From Candidatus Absconditicoccus praedator (GTDB lineage: Bacteria; Patescibacteriota; Gracilibacteria; Absconditabacterales; Absconditicoccaceae): a DNA stretch of 32,000 nucleotides. Below are positions 9,404-19,970 of the stretch, piece by piece. The DNA is taken from contig NZ_CP054059.1 of NCBI RefSeq assembly GCF_021057185.1, forward strand, positions 1,050,001 to 1,082,000, read 5' to 3'. Positions within the stretch are counted from its first letter, which is position 1. The number at the start of each line of letters is the position of its first letter. Below the pieces are notes generated by a model, which did not search any database, had not been told where the DNA came from, and worked only from the letters and a program-made list of their open reading frames with translations. The position numbers and the translations under genes are program-made.

Positions 9404-12400
9404 ATGTCTATATTTCCTAAAAAATATGATCCATCAATTGAAGAACAAATAAATAAAATGTGGATAGAAAATAATTTGTTTGCCCCTGACAATCAAGGGA
9501 AAAAACAAGATACAGAAAAATTTGTAATTTCAATGCCTCCTCCGAATGTTACCTGAATACTTCATCTTGGTCATGCTTTTATGCTATCCATAGAAGATGC
9601 ATTTGTAAGACATGCTCGTATGAGATGAAAAGAAACTCTACGAATCCCATGAACAGACCATGCATGAATAGCAACTCAGGCAGTAGTAGAAAAGAAACTA
9701 AAAGAAGAATGAATTTCTAGATATGATTTATGAAGAGAAAAGTTTGTTGATAAAGTTTGGGATTGGGCTAAGTACTCTAGGAGTACAATAATAAACCAAA
9801 CAAAACAAATGTGAGCGTCTTGTGACTGGAATAGAGAAGAGTTTACTATGTCTGAAAGACTTTCTAGAGCAGTAAGAAAAGCTTTTGTTAATCTATATCA
9901 GAGTTGAAAAATTTATCAATGAGATTATATTGTTAATTGGTGTCCAGAATCTCAGACAGTAATTTCAGATATAGAAGTAAATTATGAAGAAGAAGAAACA
10001 AACTTGTATCATATTAGATATTTTATAGAATGAAAATGAGATTCAATTACAATAGCCACAGTTCGTCCTGAAACAATTTTTGCAGATGTTGCAATTGCTG
10101 TTCATCCAAAAGACAAAAGATACAAAAAGTTTATATGAAAAAATGTACTTATTCCAATAGTAAATAGGCCAATACCTGTAATAGCAGATGAATATGTAGA
10201 CACTACTTTTGGATCTTGAGCATTGAAAATAACTCCTACTCATGATCCAAATGATTTTAATATATGAAAAAATCATGATTTACCTTTGGATAGATTTGCA
10301 ATAGATAAGGATTGATGTTTTACAAGTTGGGCAGGGGAGTTTGAATGACACAAAGCTAAAGATGTGATGGGAAACCTAACTCAAATGCTTGATGAGATTT
10401 GAAATTTAGAAAAAATAGAAAAATATACAACAAAGGTGCCTTATTCTGAAAGATATAATACAAGAATTCAACCTATGTTGAGTAAACAGTGGTTTGTAGA
10501 CACAAAAGATTCTGCTCAGGCTTCTATAGATCTAGTTAATGATTGAGAAGTAAATATATGTCCTGAAAGGTTTAATAAAAATTTCTTCAATTGGCTTAAT
10601 GATATTAAGCCTTGGTGTATAAGTAGACAGCTTTGGTGGTGACATAGAATTCCTGTTTGGTATTGTGAAAACTGACATAAAAATGTTTATGATGAAGATT
10701 CAGTTATATCTTCAATCAAGCAAAATGAAAAAACATCTAAATACACTATACTGTCTATGATAATATTTAACTTGATTTCAGATTTAAAGCTAAAAAAGCA
10801 TTTTAATATAGAAGAGTTGATTAATGTTTTGTTTGATGACAGTATTCTTCCTCATCAGTGAAAAATTTATAGAACATACATTGATATTTATAAAACAAAA
10901 TATAAAAATGATTCCAAGTTACTAAATGAGGTTGAAGAATTAGAAGATGTCTTAGATTTCATGTCTTCCAAAGAAAATGATATATTAAGTAAGTGAGATA
11001 AATTAGTTGATATTCTTTGAGAGTCATATTGAATTCAGGAAAAATGAGATTTTTATGAGTTTATTTTTTATTGTCAATCTTGTGATTCTCAAAAACTAAA
11101 ACAAGATGAAGATGTATTAGATACTTGGTTTAGTTCATCTCTTTGGCCTTTTAGTATTTTGTGATGGCCAGAAAAAACTACTGATTTTGAAAGGTATTAT
11201 CCAAATCAGGTTATGTGAACTTGATATGATATACTTTTTTTCCGAGTAGCAAGGATGGTTATGATGTGATGGGAAAACTTAGGTCAAAAACCATTTGATA
11301 ATGTTTATTTGCATTGATTGGTAAAAGATAAAAACTGAGAAAAATTTTCGAAATCAAAATGAAATAACATTGATCCTGCAGAAGTAATTAAAACTTATTG
11401 AGCTGATAGTATGAGACTGTCTTTGGTTTTGTGAACAACTCCTGGTAATGATACAAAATTTTCTATGGAAAAAGTTGAGTACAACAAAAGATTTATAAAT
11501 AAACTATGGAATGCCACTAGGTTTATCCATGTAAATTATATTTGAGACAATGCATCAACTATTGATTATGATCTTATAAGAGAGGATATAAATAAAAATT
11601 TTGAGCACTTAAATGATTTTGATAAATGGATTGTAAATCAGATTAATGAATTAGTTGTTTTGTGAGAAAAGTCTTTCAAAAATTTTATGTTATGAGAATT
11701 TTGACAAAATATAGTTAAGGTAGCCTGGCATGATTTCTGTGATTGGTATATAGAGATATCCAAAATAAGTTCTTCAGAGTATACCCAAAAAGTTTTGCTG
11801 TATTGAATCTGAACAATACTTAAGCTTTTGCATCCTTATGCTCCTTTTGTGACAGAAAAATTGTGGAGTCTTTTGTGATTTGAGTGATTTTTGATAGTTT
11901 CAGATTATCCTCAAACAATTGAAGTTTGAGAAAAAAACTCTAAAATAAACTTATTGATGGATTTGATTTCAGAATGAAGAAATCTTAGACATCAATCCGA
12001 ATTAAAACCACATGAAAAAGTTGATATTTGTGTTCAATCAAACTCAAGATTTTTAGAGTTTTTAAAGCAGTATGAAAATATATTTACTTCTCTTATTTGA
12101 GTAAATAATATTAGTTACTTATCAGAAAATGAACAAATTCCAGAAGAATATCATGTAGGTGTTGTTTTTGATGTAAAACTTGGGCTGAAATGAATAAAAC
12201 AAATAAGTGTTGCTGAGCAAATAGAAAACCTTGAAAAGCAAAAATCACAAGAAGAGCAGTTTTTGCAATCATTGAGAAGTGTAGTTACAAGCCCATGATT
12301 CATGGAAAAAGCTCCAGAAAAAGTGGTGGAAGAAAAAACTCAAAAAATAGAAGAAGTAAAAAATAGGATTTTGGATATACAATATGAAATAGATAAGCTT

Positions 12401-12415
12401 AAAATGAAAAAATAA
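9404..12415 (+). CDS. valS: Valine--tRNA ligase
   Basis: 1003 aa from ATG 9404 to TAA 12413-12415. The HIGH region is PPPNVTGILHLGHA, KMSKS appears as KFSKSKGN (about 11345-11368), and [17 protein letters not shown] is present. It carries an extra ~125 aa between WYCENGH and CQSC. Confidence 0.93.
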
Positions 12416-12440
12416 CTTTTTTATTGATTAACTTAAAAAA

Positions 12441-12818
12441 ATGATAAATAAAATACTGTCATCTATATTAATCAATGCGTTTGTAATATATGTAATTGCA
12501 AGATATATTCCTGAATTATGATTTAGTATCGAGCCTAAATCTGCTATTACTCTTGAATTGATATTTGCTCTTTGAGCTACATTCTGGGTGTTTGATGAAG
12601 TTATAAAAAGGTTATTGAAGGCATTAGTGTTTCCATTGATGTTGTTGATGTCTTGATTAATGAGTATTATAATTAATATTTGAATATTTTATCTTTATGC
12701 ATATACTGTAAATGATATTTTACCATTAGAAATAGAGATAGTCTTGTGAACATTTTTGCAAGTTGTAATATTATCAATTGTAGTAAGTATTGCTAATTTA
12801 TTACTTAAAAAATTATAA
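12441..12818 (+). CDS. DUF360 / Phage_holin_4_2-like four-TM membrane protein (YvlD-like)
   Basis: 125 aa from ATG 12441 to TAA 12816-12818. The hydrophobic pattern and the LINAFVIYVIARYIPELGF opening are typical of the family. Confidence 0.6.
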
Positions 12819-13048
12819 TGAAATATGTATATTTGGTACTAATGATTGTTTTATCAGTTTTGCTGTTGATTTTGTATTTTCAAAATTTATGAGAAAGAGG
12901 AAGTTTTGATTTTTTGCATATGGATATATGAACTAACTTGTTGATGACATATCTTTTTATCTTGTCTTGAGCTTGCTGAGCTTTGTTAGTTTTGACTATA
13001 AATGCATTTTTTGGATCTTGATATGATAATGATGAGTTTGACATATAA
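12818..13048 (+). CDS. Small two-TM membrane protein (LapA/DUF1049-like)
   Basis: ATG 12818 overlaps the upstream TAA (TAATG) and the gene ends at TAA 13046-13048. Length 76 aa, with two hydrophobic segments. Confidence 0.5.
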
Positions 13049-13580
13049 TTTGACAAGAAAACAAGCATCTAAAAAATTAGATGTATCTACAAGAACAATA
13101 GATAGATATATTAGAAGATGAACTATTTCTTACAAAAAACATGCAAATAAGATATATCTGTCTGAAGATGAGATAGAAACTCTCAAATCTCAACTTTTTG
13201 GTGTAAAACAAAATGAAAGTTTATCAATAGTTAAAAATACCTCTTGGGAGCAATGAGAGGTGTCTCAACAAAATTCAGCAGACTGATTAAAAGAAATGGT
13301 AGAGGTATTACAAGAAAAAGATAAGCAAATAGAAGCCAAAAATGCCATGATATTCAATATGCAAAAAACTATTACAGAACTTGAAAGTAAGTTAGCTAAT
13401 ACAGTAGCTTTGCCTGACTATAATCAAGAAAAAGAACAACATCAAATAGAAAAAGAAAAAATAAATTTAAAAAACAAACAAATAAGCCAAGAGCTTGAAA
13501 AAGAAAAAATTAAAAACTTGATCAATCTTGCTATATTAGTATTTTTTGTGGTAAGTATATTTATTTATGCATTTTTATAA
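13032..13580 (+). CDS. HTH (excisionase/MerR-like HTH_17) protein with a coiled coil and a C-terminal TM anchor
   Basis: It contains LTRKQASKKLDVSTRTIDRYIRRGTISYKK (HTH), a K/E/Q-rich coiled coil and the C-terminal LINLAILVFFVVSIFIYAFL. It ends at TAA 13578-13580. The start is ambiguous, with in-frame ATGs at 13002, 13023, 13029 and 13032. Confidence 0.6.
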
Positions 13581-13591
13581 TTTAAATTTCT

Positions 13592-14801
13592 ATGGATTAC
13601 AAAGTTTTTTGATGTAGATTAAATAAATATTATGCAAATCAATGGTTAAACTATTTTTATGAACAAAATATTTACGATAGAAATTATTTTTTGTTGGTTT
13701 CATGTCAGGTTACTGATAAAGCAAAAACAAAATGGATAAAAGAAGCTAAATCACAAATTAAAAAATGAAAAATAGTATATTTAGCATGATGTGGTAGTAT
13801 CGATAAATGAAATATAATTGATGAAAAAAAACTGTTAGATCAGTTTCCAGAATTAAAAGATTATTTTTACAATATTAGGCTTTTGCCTGAGTCTCCTAAA
13901 TGAAATTTTGATACTATTAAATGATATGAAAAAAGTATATATACTAGGAAAAATATACTTATACAAAATGGTTGTGATACCAACTGTACTTTTTGTATAA
14001 CAGCAAAAAAAGATGAAAAAGTAGAAATAGAAATAAAAAAGAGATAATAGATGAAATAAATGAATTTCATAAATACTGATGAAAAGAGGTGGTATTAACT
14101 TGAGTAAATGTTTCTGCATGGTGAGCTTCCAATACAAGAAATTCAAAAGAAAGTAAATTTTCACATCTTCTAAGAGATATCTTGAATTATACAAATATTC
14201 CAAGAATTAGAATATCATCTATTTCTCCAGAATTTCTCGATGATTATTTTTTTGATGTGATAGAAAATAAAAGAATAATGCCTTTTTTTCATTTTTCTGT
14301 ACAAAGTTTTTCAGATAAGGTTTTAAAAAATATGAATAGAAATTATACATCTTGTGAATTGATAGAAAAAATTGAAACAATTAGAAGTTTAAAAAGAGAT
14401 GATAAAGATTTAATCAATCTTGGTGCAGATATAATTGTGTGATTTCCTCAAGAAACTTATGAAGATTTTTTGATAACATATAATATGCTTGAAAAATATT
14501 TTTTTACGAATATGCATATATTTCCATTTTCTTCTCATATAAAATGAGATTCAGTTCCTGCTTCATTGTATAAAGGTAAAATTGATGATTCAATAAAAAA
14601 TCAAAGAGAAAAAAAACTTTTTAATCTTTCTGAAATTAATCAAAAAAAATTCAAGAAAATAAATAAATGAAAAAAATTAAATGTTCTTTTTGAATATCAA
14701 AAAAAATGAACTTGGTACTGATGGTCTGAAAATTATATTCAAATAAAAAAACTTCTCATGATGATTTGTCAGGAAAATTGCAAGAGGTTGTTTTTAAATA
14801 A
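13592..14801 (+). CDS. MiaB/MtaB-family radical-SAM methylthiotransferase, interrupted by two apparent -1 frameshifts
   Basis: The N-terminal MTTase domain (FGCRLNKYY...LVSCQVT...YLAGCGS) and the radical-SAM motif GCDTNCTFC lie in frame 2 (13592-14011). The conserved continuation RGKSRNR...VVLTGVNV...RISSISPEF lies in frame 1 (14011-14751). The TRAM-like tail TSHDDLSGKLQEVVFK lies in frame 0 and ends at TAA 14799-14801. Confidence 0.75.
14005..14011 (+). other. A7 tract at the first -1 frameshift site in the methylthiotransferase gene
   Basis: GC-AAAAAAA-GATGA. Frame 2 stops at TAA 14045-14047. Frame 1 is closed upstream by TAG 13945-13947. One extra A would give ...CITAKKRGKSRN... in a single frame. 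Confidence 0.8.
14745..14751 (+). other. A7 tract at the second apparent -1 frameshift site in the same gene
   Basis: AT-AAAAAAA-CTTCTCATG. The shifted reading gives a TRAM-like end. The unshifted reading gives ...KKLLMMICQENCKRLFLNNYYFLQFV and stops at TAA 14824-14826. Confidence 0.55.
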
Positions 14802-14811
14802 TTATTATTTT

Positions 14812-14839
14812 TTGCAATTTGTTTAAATTTGGTTAAAAT
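14812..14839 (+). promoter_or_regulatory. Sigma70-type promoter candidate
   Basis: TTGCAA (14812-14817), a 16-nt spacer, then TAAAAT (14834-14839), upstream of ATG 14874. Confidence 0.4.
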
Positions 14840-14873
14840 AAAATTATTAATTTAAATAAAAAATAAAAACAAA

Positions 14874-15350
14874 ATGACACAAACTGCAGTAACTAATAGC
14901 CTTGATGTGATGTCTTTTACTGAGGATTTAAGAAATGTTTTTGAATGAGTTAAAAAAAGAGTTGAAGATGTATTGAAAGAAGTTTTTTCAGAAACTCAAA
15001 GAAAGCAGTACAGGGAGCTTAAACAAAAAGAAAGTCTTACTCAGGATGAACAATTACAGTTTTATAGGTTAGAGTTTTTAATGATAAGTTGAAACAAAAA
15101 ACTATCAGAATCTTTGATACAAGTCTACAAAAAGCATATTATTAACTGACAAGAACTTTTAGATGAAGATTTTGAAATTATAAATAAGTTTTATGCAAAA
15201 GTTGAATGAAAGCCAGCCTACCAACAAGAAACAATGGTTTATTCTCATATGTTTTGGGAAAGTATTTGTAGTTGAGAAGACTGTTTGAAAGCTATTATTT
15301 ATGCAAGAAAAGAATGAAATGAGGTGCTTTCTCAGATTGATTTAGCTTAA
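14874..15350 (+). CDS. Hypothetical protein (158 aa)
   Basis: Runs from ATG 14874 to TAA 15348-15350, continuous with TGA=Gly. I recognised no family. Confidence 0.6.
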
Positions 15351-15360
15351 TTATTCTTTT

Positions 15361-15624
15361 ATGATTTTTTTGTATTATTTGATAATAATTAATATTATAG
15401 TATTTTTTCTTTTTGCTATAGATAAATTTAAAGCCTATTTTTGATATTGGAGAATAAGTGAAAATATACTATTATTATCTAATCTTTTTTGATGAATAAT
15501 ATGATGAGTTTTAGGGATGATCTTATTTTCACATAAAATATCAAAGTCAAGTTTTCAGTTGAAATTTTGGCCAATTGTTTTTTTATGGATTTTTATTTAT
15601 CTTTATTTGTTGTATTATATATAA
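15361..15624 (+). CDS. DUF1294-family small membrane protein
   Basis: 87 aa. DKFKAYFGYWRISENILLLSNLFGGIIGGVLGMILFSHKISKSSF matches the DUF1294 pattern (DK..A....RI.E..L.....GG..G......HK..K..F). It ends at TAA 15622-15624. Confidence 0.7.
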
Positions 15625-15650
15625 AAAGTCTAATTTAAGTTTGAATTTTA

Positions 15651-15679
15651 TTGAAAAATTATTATTATGTGGTTATATT
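15651..15679 (+). promoter_or_regulatory. Sigma70-type promoter candidate for rpoD-proS
   Basis: TTGAAA (15651-15656), a 17-nt spacer, then TATATT (15674-15679). Confidence 0.4.
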
Positions 15680-15735
15680 TTTTGATTTTTTTCGTAATAT
15701 ATTAAATATATTTATATTTTTAGAAATTATTATTT

Positions 15736-16920
15736 ATGGCTAAACAAAAGCTTTGGGACAAATTAAAAGAAGATATAAAAGAGCTTCCAGAAAATTTACA
15801 AGACCTTTTAAATACTTGATTGGATAGGTGACATATTACAGAAGATGAAATAATAAGTAAAGTAAGTGATATTGATGAACAAATAGAAATTGTAGAAAAG
15901 TTTTATGATGTTGCAGATAAGTTGAGTATAAAAATTGAAACAATAGAGGAGATATTAGAAAAAGAGGCAAAGGATGAAAAGCAGGATAGAAAACTTTGAA
16001 AAGTATCCTTATATGAAAATGAACATCATATAAATGATGTTCAATACAAGGACTTCATAAAGCTTTATTTTAATGATATTTCTAAAATACCGTTGCTGAC
16101 AGCTGATGAAGAAAAATCATTGGCAAGAAGAATAAAAGATTGAGATGAACAGGCTACAAAAATTCTTATGGAATCAAATCTTAGGTTGGTAATTAGTATC
16201 GCCAAAAGATTTTTGTGATCTAGACTATCTTTTATGGATTTAATTCAAGAAGGTAATATATGACTTATAAAAGCTATTGAAAAGTTTGATCCAGATAAAG
16301 ATTTTAAGTTTTCTACATATGCAACTTGGTGGATAAAGCAGTCTATTACAAAATCAATAGCTGATATAACTAAAAATGTAAGAATACCTGTACACTTAAT
16401 TGACGAGATAAATGCATTCAATAGAGCATCACAAGAGCTTTTTCAAAGATATGGAAGAGAGCCAAATGCCAAAGAAATTGCTAAATATTTAGATTATCCA
16501 TACAAGAAAGTTAAAAAGCTTGAAGAAGTGATTTTTTGAAATATTTCTTTGGATGCTGAAGTAGGTGATGATTGAAAAAATAGTATTTGAGATTTGATAG
16601 CAGATGAAAAAACTTTGACTCCAGACAATTATGTAGAAAGAGAAACAGTTTCTACAAATTTAGATAAAATTCTTTCAATGCTTGATGAAAGAGAAGCAAA
16701 AATTATTAAAATGAGATATGGTATAGATTGACCAAAATATACTTTGGAACAAGTATGAGCAGAATTTAATGTCACTAGAGAAAGAGTAAGACAAATTGAG
16801 CAAAAAGTATTACAAAAATTAAAAGAACATGAATGACTTCAAAAACTATTATGAATAGAAGATTATATAGAAAGAATGAAGTATTTAGTTAAAAAATCTT
16901 GAAGAAGAAAAAGTAGTTAA
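15736..16920 (+). CDS. rpoD: RNA polymerase sigma factor RpoD (sigma70 family, group 1)
   Basis: 394 aa. Regions 1.2 to 2.4 read [23 protein letters not shown]...[12 protein letters not shown]...[18 protein letters not shown]...[19 protein letters not shown]...RIPVH. Region 4 contains [17 protein letters not shown]-type sequence ([13 protein letters not shown]). Confidence 0.93.
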
Positions 16921-16943
16921 TTTAATATACTTATATTGAACAA

Positions 16944-18218
16944 ATGAGGCTAAGTAATTATTTTGTAAAAACTTCAAAACAATCTTCAGAAGAAGAAAAG
17001 TCTATAAATGCTCAATTGCTTACAAGGTGATGATTTGTTAGAAGAAATATAGCATGAGTTTATACATATCTACCTTTCTGATTAAGAGTTTTGAGAAAGA
17101 TAGAAAATATTGTTAGGGAAGAGATGAATAAGATTTGATGAAATGAAGTTTTTATGCCTGTATTGTCGTCCAAAGCTAACTGGGAGGCCACATGAAGATG
17201 GGATGAAATAGATGTTTTATACAAACTTGAATGAGCTTGATGACATATGTTTGCTTTGAATTCCACCCATGAAGAGATTATTACTCCTATAGCAGAAGAA
17301 TTTATAAAATCTTATAAAGATTTACCAAGATATATCTATCAGATACAAACAAAATTTAGAAATGAAAAAAGAGCTAAATCTTGACTTTTGAGGTGAAGAG
17401 AGTTCTCTATGAAAGATTTGTATAGTTTTCATGAAAATGAAAAAGATTTAGATGAATATTTTGAGCTTGTGTCAAAAGCATATAGAAAAATTTTTGATAG
17501 AGTATGACTTGGCAAATTAACTTATGAAGTAGAAGCACCTTGATGAGATTTTTCCGACAAACCTTCTATAGAATTCCAAACATTAACTAATGCATGAGAA
17601 GATAATATTTGGATAGATACAAAAACTAATTATGCAATCAATGAAGAATTAGCTGAATGTATGACAGATATTTTTGATATAGTAAAAGAATGAGAAAATA
17701 TTTCATCAATATACTCTAAAAAAATTTGAAGAGAGCTTGAAAAAAGAAAAGCTGCAGAAGTATGAAATATATTTAAATTGTATGATAGATTTTCAAAAGC
17801 ATTTAATCTTTTTTATCAAGACAAAACTAATTCTCAGGAATTAGTACAAATGTGATGTTATTGAATATGAACTTCTCGTTTAATGTGAGTAGTTGTGGAG
17901 GTGTTTAATGATGAAAAATGAATTATTTGGCCAGAAAATATTGCTCCTTATAAATATGATATAATTCCAATATGAGAGACATGATATAAAAAAGCTGAAG
18001 AAATATATAATTACTTTGAAAAATGTTGAATAGAAGCTGTTTTAGATGATAGAAAAGAATCTCCATGATATAGGCTAAAAGATGCTGATTTGGTGGGTTT
18101 TCCATATAAAATAGTAGTTTCAGACAAAACATTATCTTCTTGAGAAAATATTGTAGAAGTTATAAATAGGCAAACTGGTAGTACTGAATTAATTGATTAT
18201 ACAAAAATTAAAAAATAG
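16944..18218 (+). CDS. proS: Proline--tRNA ligase (short form without a full INS editing domain)
   Basis: 424 aa from ATG 16944 to TAG 18216-18218. Motifs are [45 protein letters not shown] and MGCYGIGTSRLMGVVVE. Confidence 0.9.
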
Positions 18219-18434
18219 CCGAAATGGTGAATTCCATTCCGGCTTTGAGATTCAAGAAAAAAGGCTTTTGATAGTAGGAACAATATCATTTTCATTTCCT
18301 ACTTTGGCTACTTTTCTATCTCCAAACAGTCCTTGTTTTTCATAGATTCCAAATCCACCAATTTCCTTTTGGATTTTGAATCTCCTAGTTTGTCCATCAG
18401 GACATTTAAAGGCAAATTTGCTTGGCATTTCCAT
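18189..18434 (-). CDS. Small hypothetical protein: 60 aa to the TGA codon, 81 aa if TGA=Gly
   Basis: Starts at ATG (complement of 18432-18434), preceded by AAGGAG 8 nt upstream and a near-consensus promoter. The standard-code end is TGA 18252-18254. Table-25 reading adds [21 protein letters not shown] up to TAA (complement of 18189-18191), crossing the hairpin and 30 nt of proS. Confidence 0.6.
18217..18244. terminator. Hairpin between convergent genes (bidirectional terminator candidate)
   Basis: AGCCGAAATGG (18217-18227), loop TGAATT, then CCATTCCGGCT (18234-18244). This is an 11-bp stem with one A-C mismatch and only a short T-run follows. Confidence 0.5.
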
Positions 18435-18442
18435 AAGTTGTA

Positions 18443-18495
18443 CTCCTTTTGTATGGATGGTATATTCTTTATAATTATTTGCGCAAAAATGTCAA
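18443..18495 (-). promoter_or_regulatory. Near-consensus promoter plus Shine-Dalgarno of the small minus-strand gene
   Basis: On the minus strand: TTGACA (complement of 18490-18495), a 16-nt spacer, TATAAA (complement of 18468-18473), then AAGGAG (complement of 18443-18448) 8 nt before the ATG. Confidence 0.6.
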
Positions 18496-18599
18496 TAAAT
18501 TGTGTTTGATTTTTTGTGATAAATATTAAATACTTAAAATTGAATTTTCAAGAAATATTCTTAAACTATAAAATATATTTTAGAAATTTATTTTAAAAA

Positions 18600-19502
18600 A
18601 TGGGATTTGAAACAAAATATATACGAGAAAACTGAAAAAAATTGCAATGGGATGACTCAAAAATACATACAGTAAATCATGCTTTACATTATTGAACAGC
18701 AGTGTTTGAATGAATTAGAATTTATCAAACAGAAAAATGACCAAAAATATTTAGGCTTACAGACCATATGAAAAGATTTGTTCATAGTATGCAATGTATC
18801 AATATAAATACAGATTTTTCTATAAACGATTTAAATGAAGCAACAAAAGAACTTATTAAAATAAACTGAATAGAAAATTGATATATAAGACCAATTGCAT
18901 GGTATTGATCAGGTAAAATGTGATTAAACCCTGCTTGAGCTGAGCAAAACATTAGTATATCAGTACGAAGTTGGTGAAAATACCTATCAGAAAATCCTAT
19001 AAATGTATGTATTTCCAGCTATATAAGACCACATCCTCAGTCTGCAATTATGACCGCAAAAATAAGTTGATATTATATAAATAGTGTTTTTGCTAATACC
19101 GAAGCAAAAGCCAATTGATATGATGAGGCTTTGCTTTTAGATAATGAATGAAATGTTGCTGAATGACCTGGTGAAAATATTTTTTTTATAAAAGATAAGT
19201 ATTTATATACACCAAATTCTAAGTCAATTCTTCCTTGAATAACTAGGGATACAATAACAAATGCAGTAGCAAAAGATTTATGATATATAGTTGAAGAGAC
19301 TTCAATTTCTCCAAATAAAATACAAAACTTTGATGAGGCTTTTTTTGTATGAACTGCTGCAGAAGTAACTCCTATTCAAAAAATACAAGAAACAAACTGA
19401 AATATTATTTCTTATAGTGCTGATAAATCTTATGAAATAGCAGATTATTATCAAAAAATTGTAACATGACAAATAGATAAATACAAGTACTGGAATGAAT
19501 AA
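18600..19502 (+). CDS. ilvE: Branched-chain amino acid aminotransferase (fold type IV)
   Basis: 300 aa from ATG 18600 to TAA 19500-19502. Motifs are HALHYGTAVFEGIR, YIRPIAWYGSG, EGPGENIFF, LPGITRD and FFVGTAAEVTPI. Confidence 0.88.
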
Positions 19503-19505
19503 AAT

Positions 19506-19949
19506 TTAGTAATGATACGATTTATTTATTGATATTGTATATCATCTATAAAGCTGTTCTAGTAAAACTAGTTTGGCAATTCAATGTGGCAATGTAATTT
19601 TTCAAAATGAGATTTCTTGCTGTATGCTAGGGTAAAGAAGTGAAGTATTTAGACCATATGGGCCTCCTAATATAAAAGCTGTATTATTGTTTCAGGGAAA
19701 AAATTGTGAAAAATAATGAGAGTCTACCAGTTTTCAACTTTTGTTTAGGATTATTTTATGGAAATTTGGATATTTTTTTAATTTATCTAAAATTTTTTTT
19801 GTTTCAAACTTTATAGTGTTTTCTATACTTTCTCATTTAACAGGTTTTATAGGTATCAGTTCAACTGATTTTCCAAGTCTTTTTTGATATTCAAAGATAG
19901 CTTTATCAAAATGTTTATCACTATCTCATACAGATATTATTTTTATCAT
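19506..19949 (-). CDS. rlmH: 23S rRNA (pseudouridine1915-N3)-methyltransferase RlmH (SPOUT)
   Basis: 147 aa. Motifs are MIKIISVGDSDKHFDKAIFEYQKRL, FILGGPYGL, ISFGKITLPHGIAKLVLLEQLYRGY and INKSYHY. Confidence 0.88.
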
Positions 19950-19970
19950 CTCTTGCGAAAAAAATTAAAT

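Noticed and set aside
10043-10276. Track ORFs that lie antisense to, or in a different reading frame of, the re-annotated genes. These are at 3201-3425, 3823-4023, 5604-5840, 10043-10276, 12880-13068, 13853-14203, 13867-14070, 17060-17266, 17923-18132, 24012-24236, 26386-26685, 27090-27284, 28193-28405, 28650-28853, 29226-29435 and 30063-30281.
   Set aside because: Each overlaps a long, motif-bearing table-25 gene (pilT, valS, mtaB-like, proS, dedA, the transglutaminase-like gene, uppS, dnaN, the pilin and others). They have low-complexity F/I/L/S-rich translations typical of non-coding frames of AT-rich coding DNA.
18252-18434. Double-glycine leader (KIQKEIGG) suggesting a bacteriocin/RiPP precursor
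   Set aside because: The residues upstream of GG do not fit the leader consensus spacing. There is also no C39-peptidase ABC transporter, immunity gene or modification gene in the neighbourhood.
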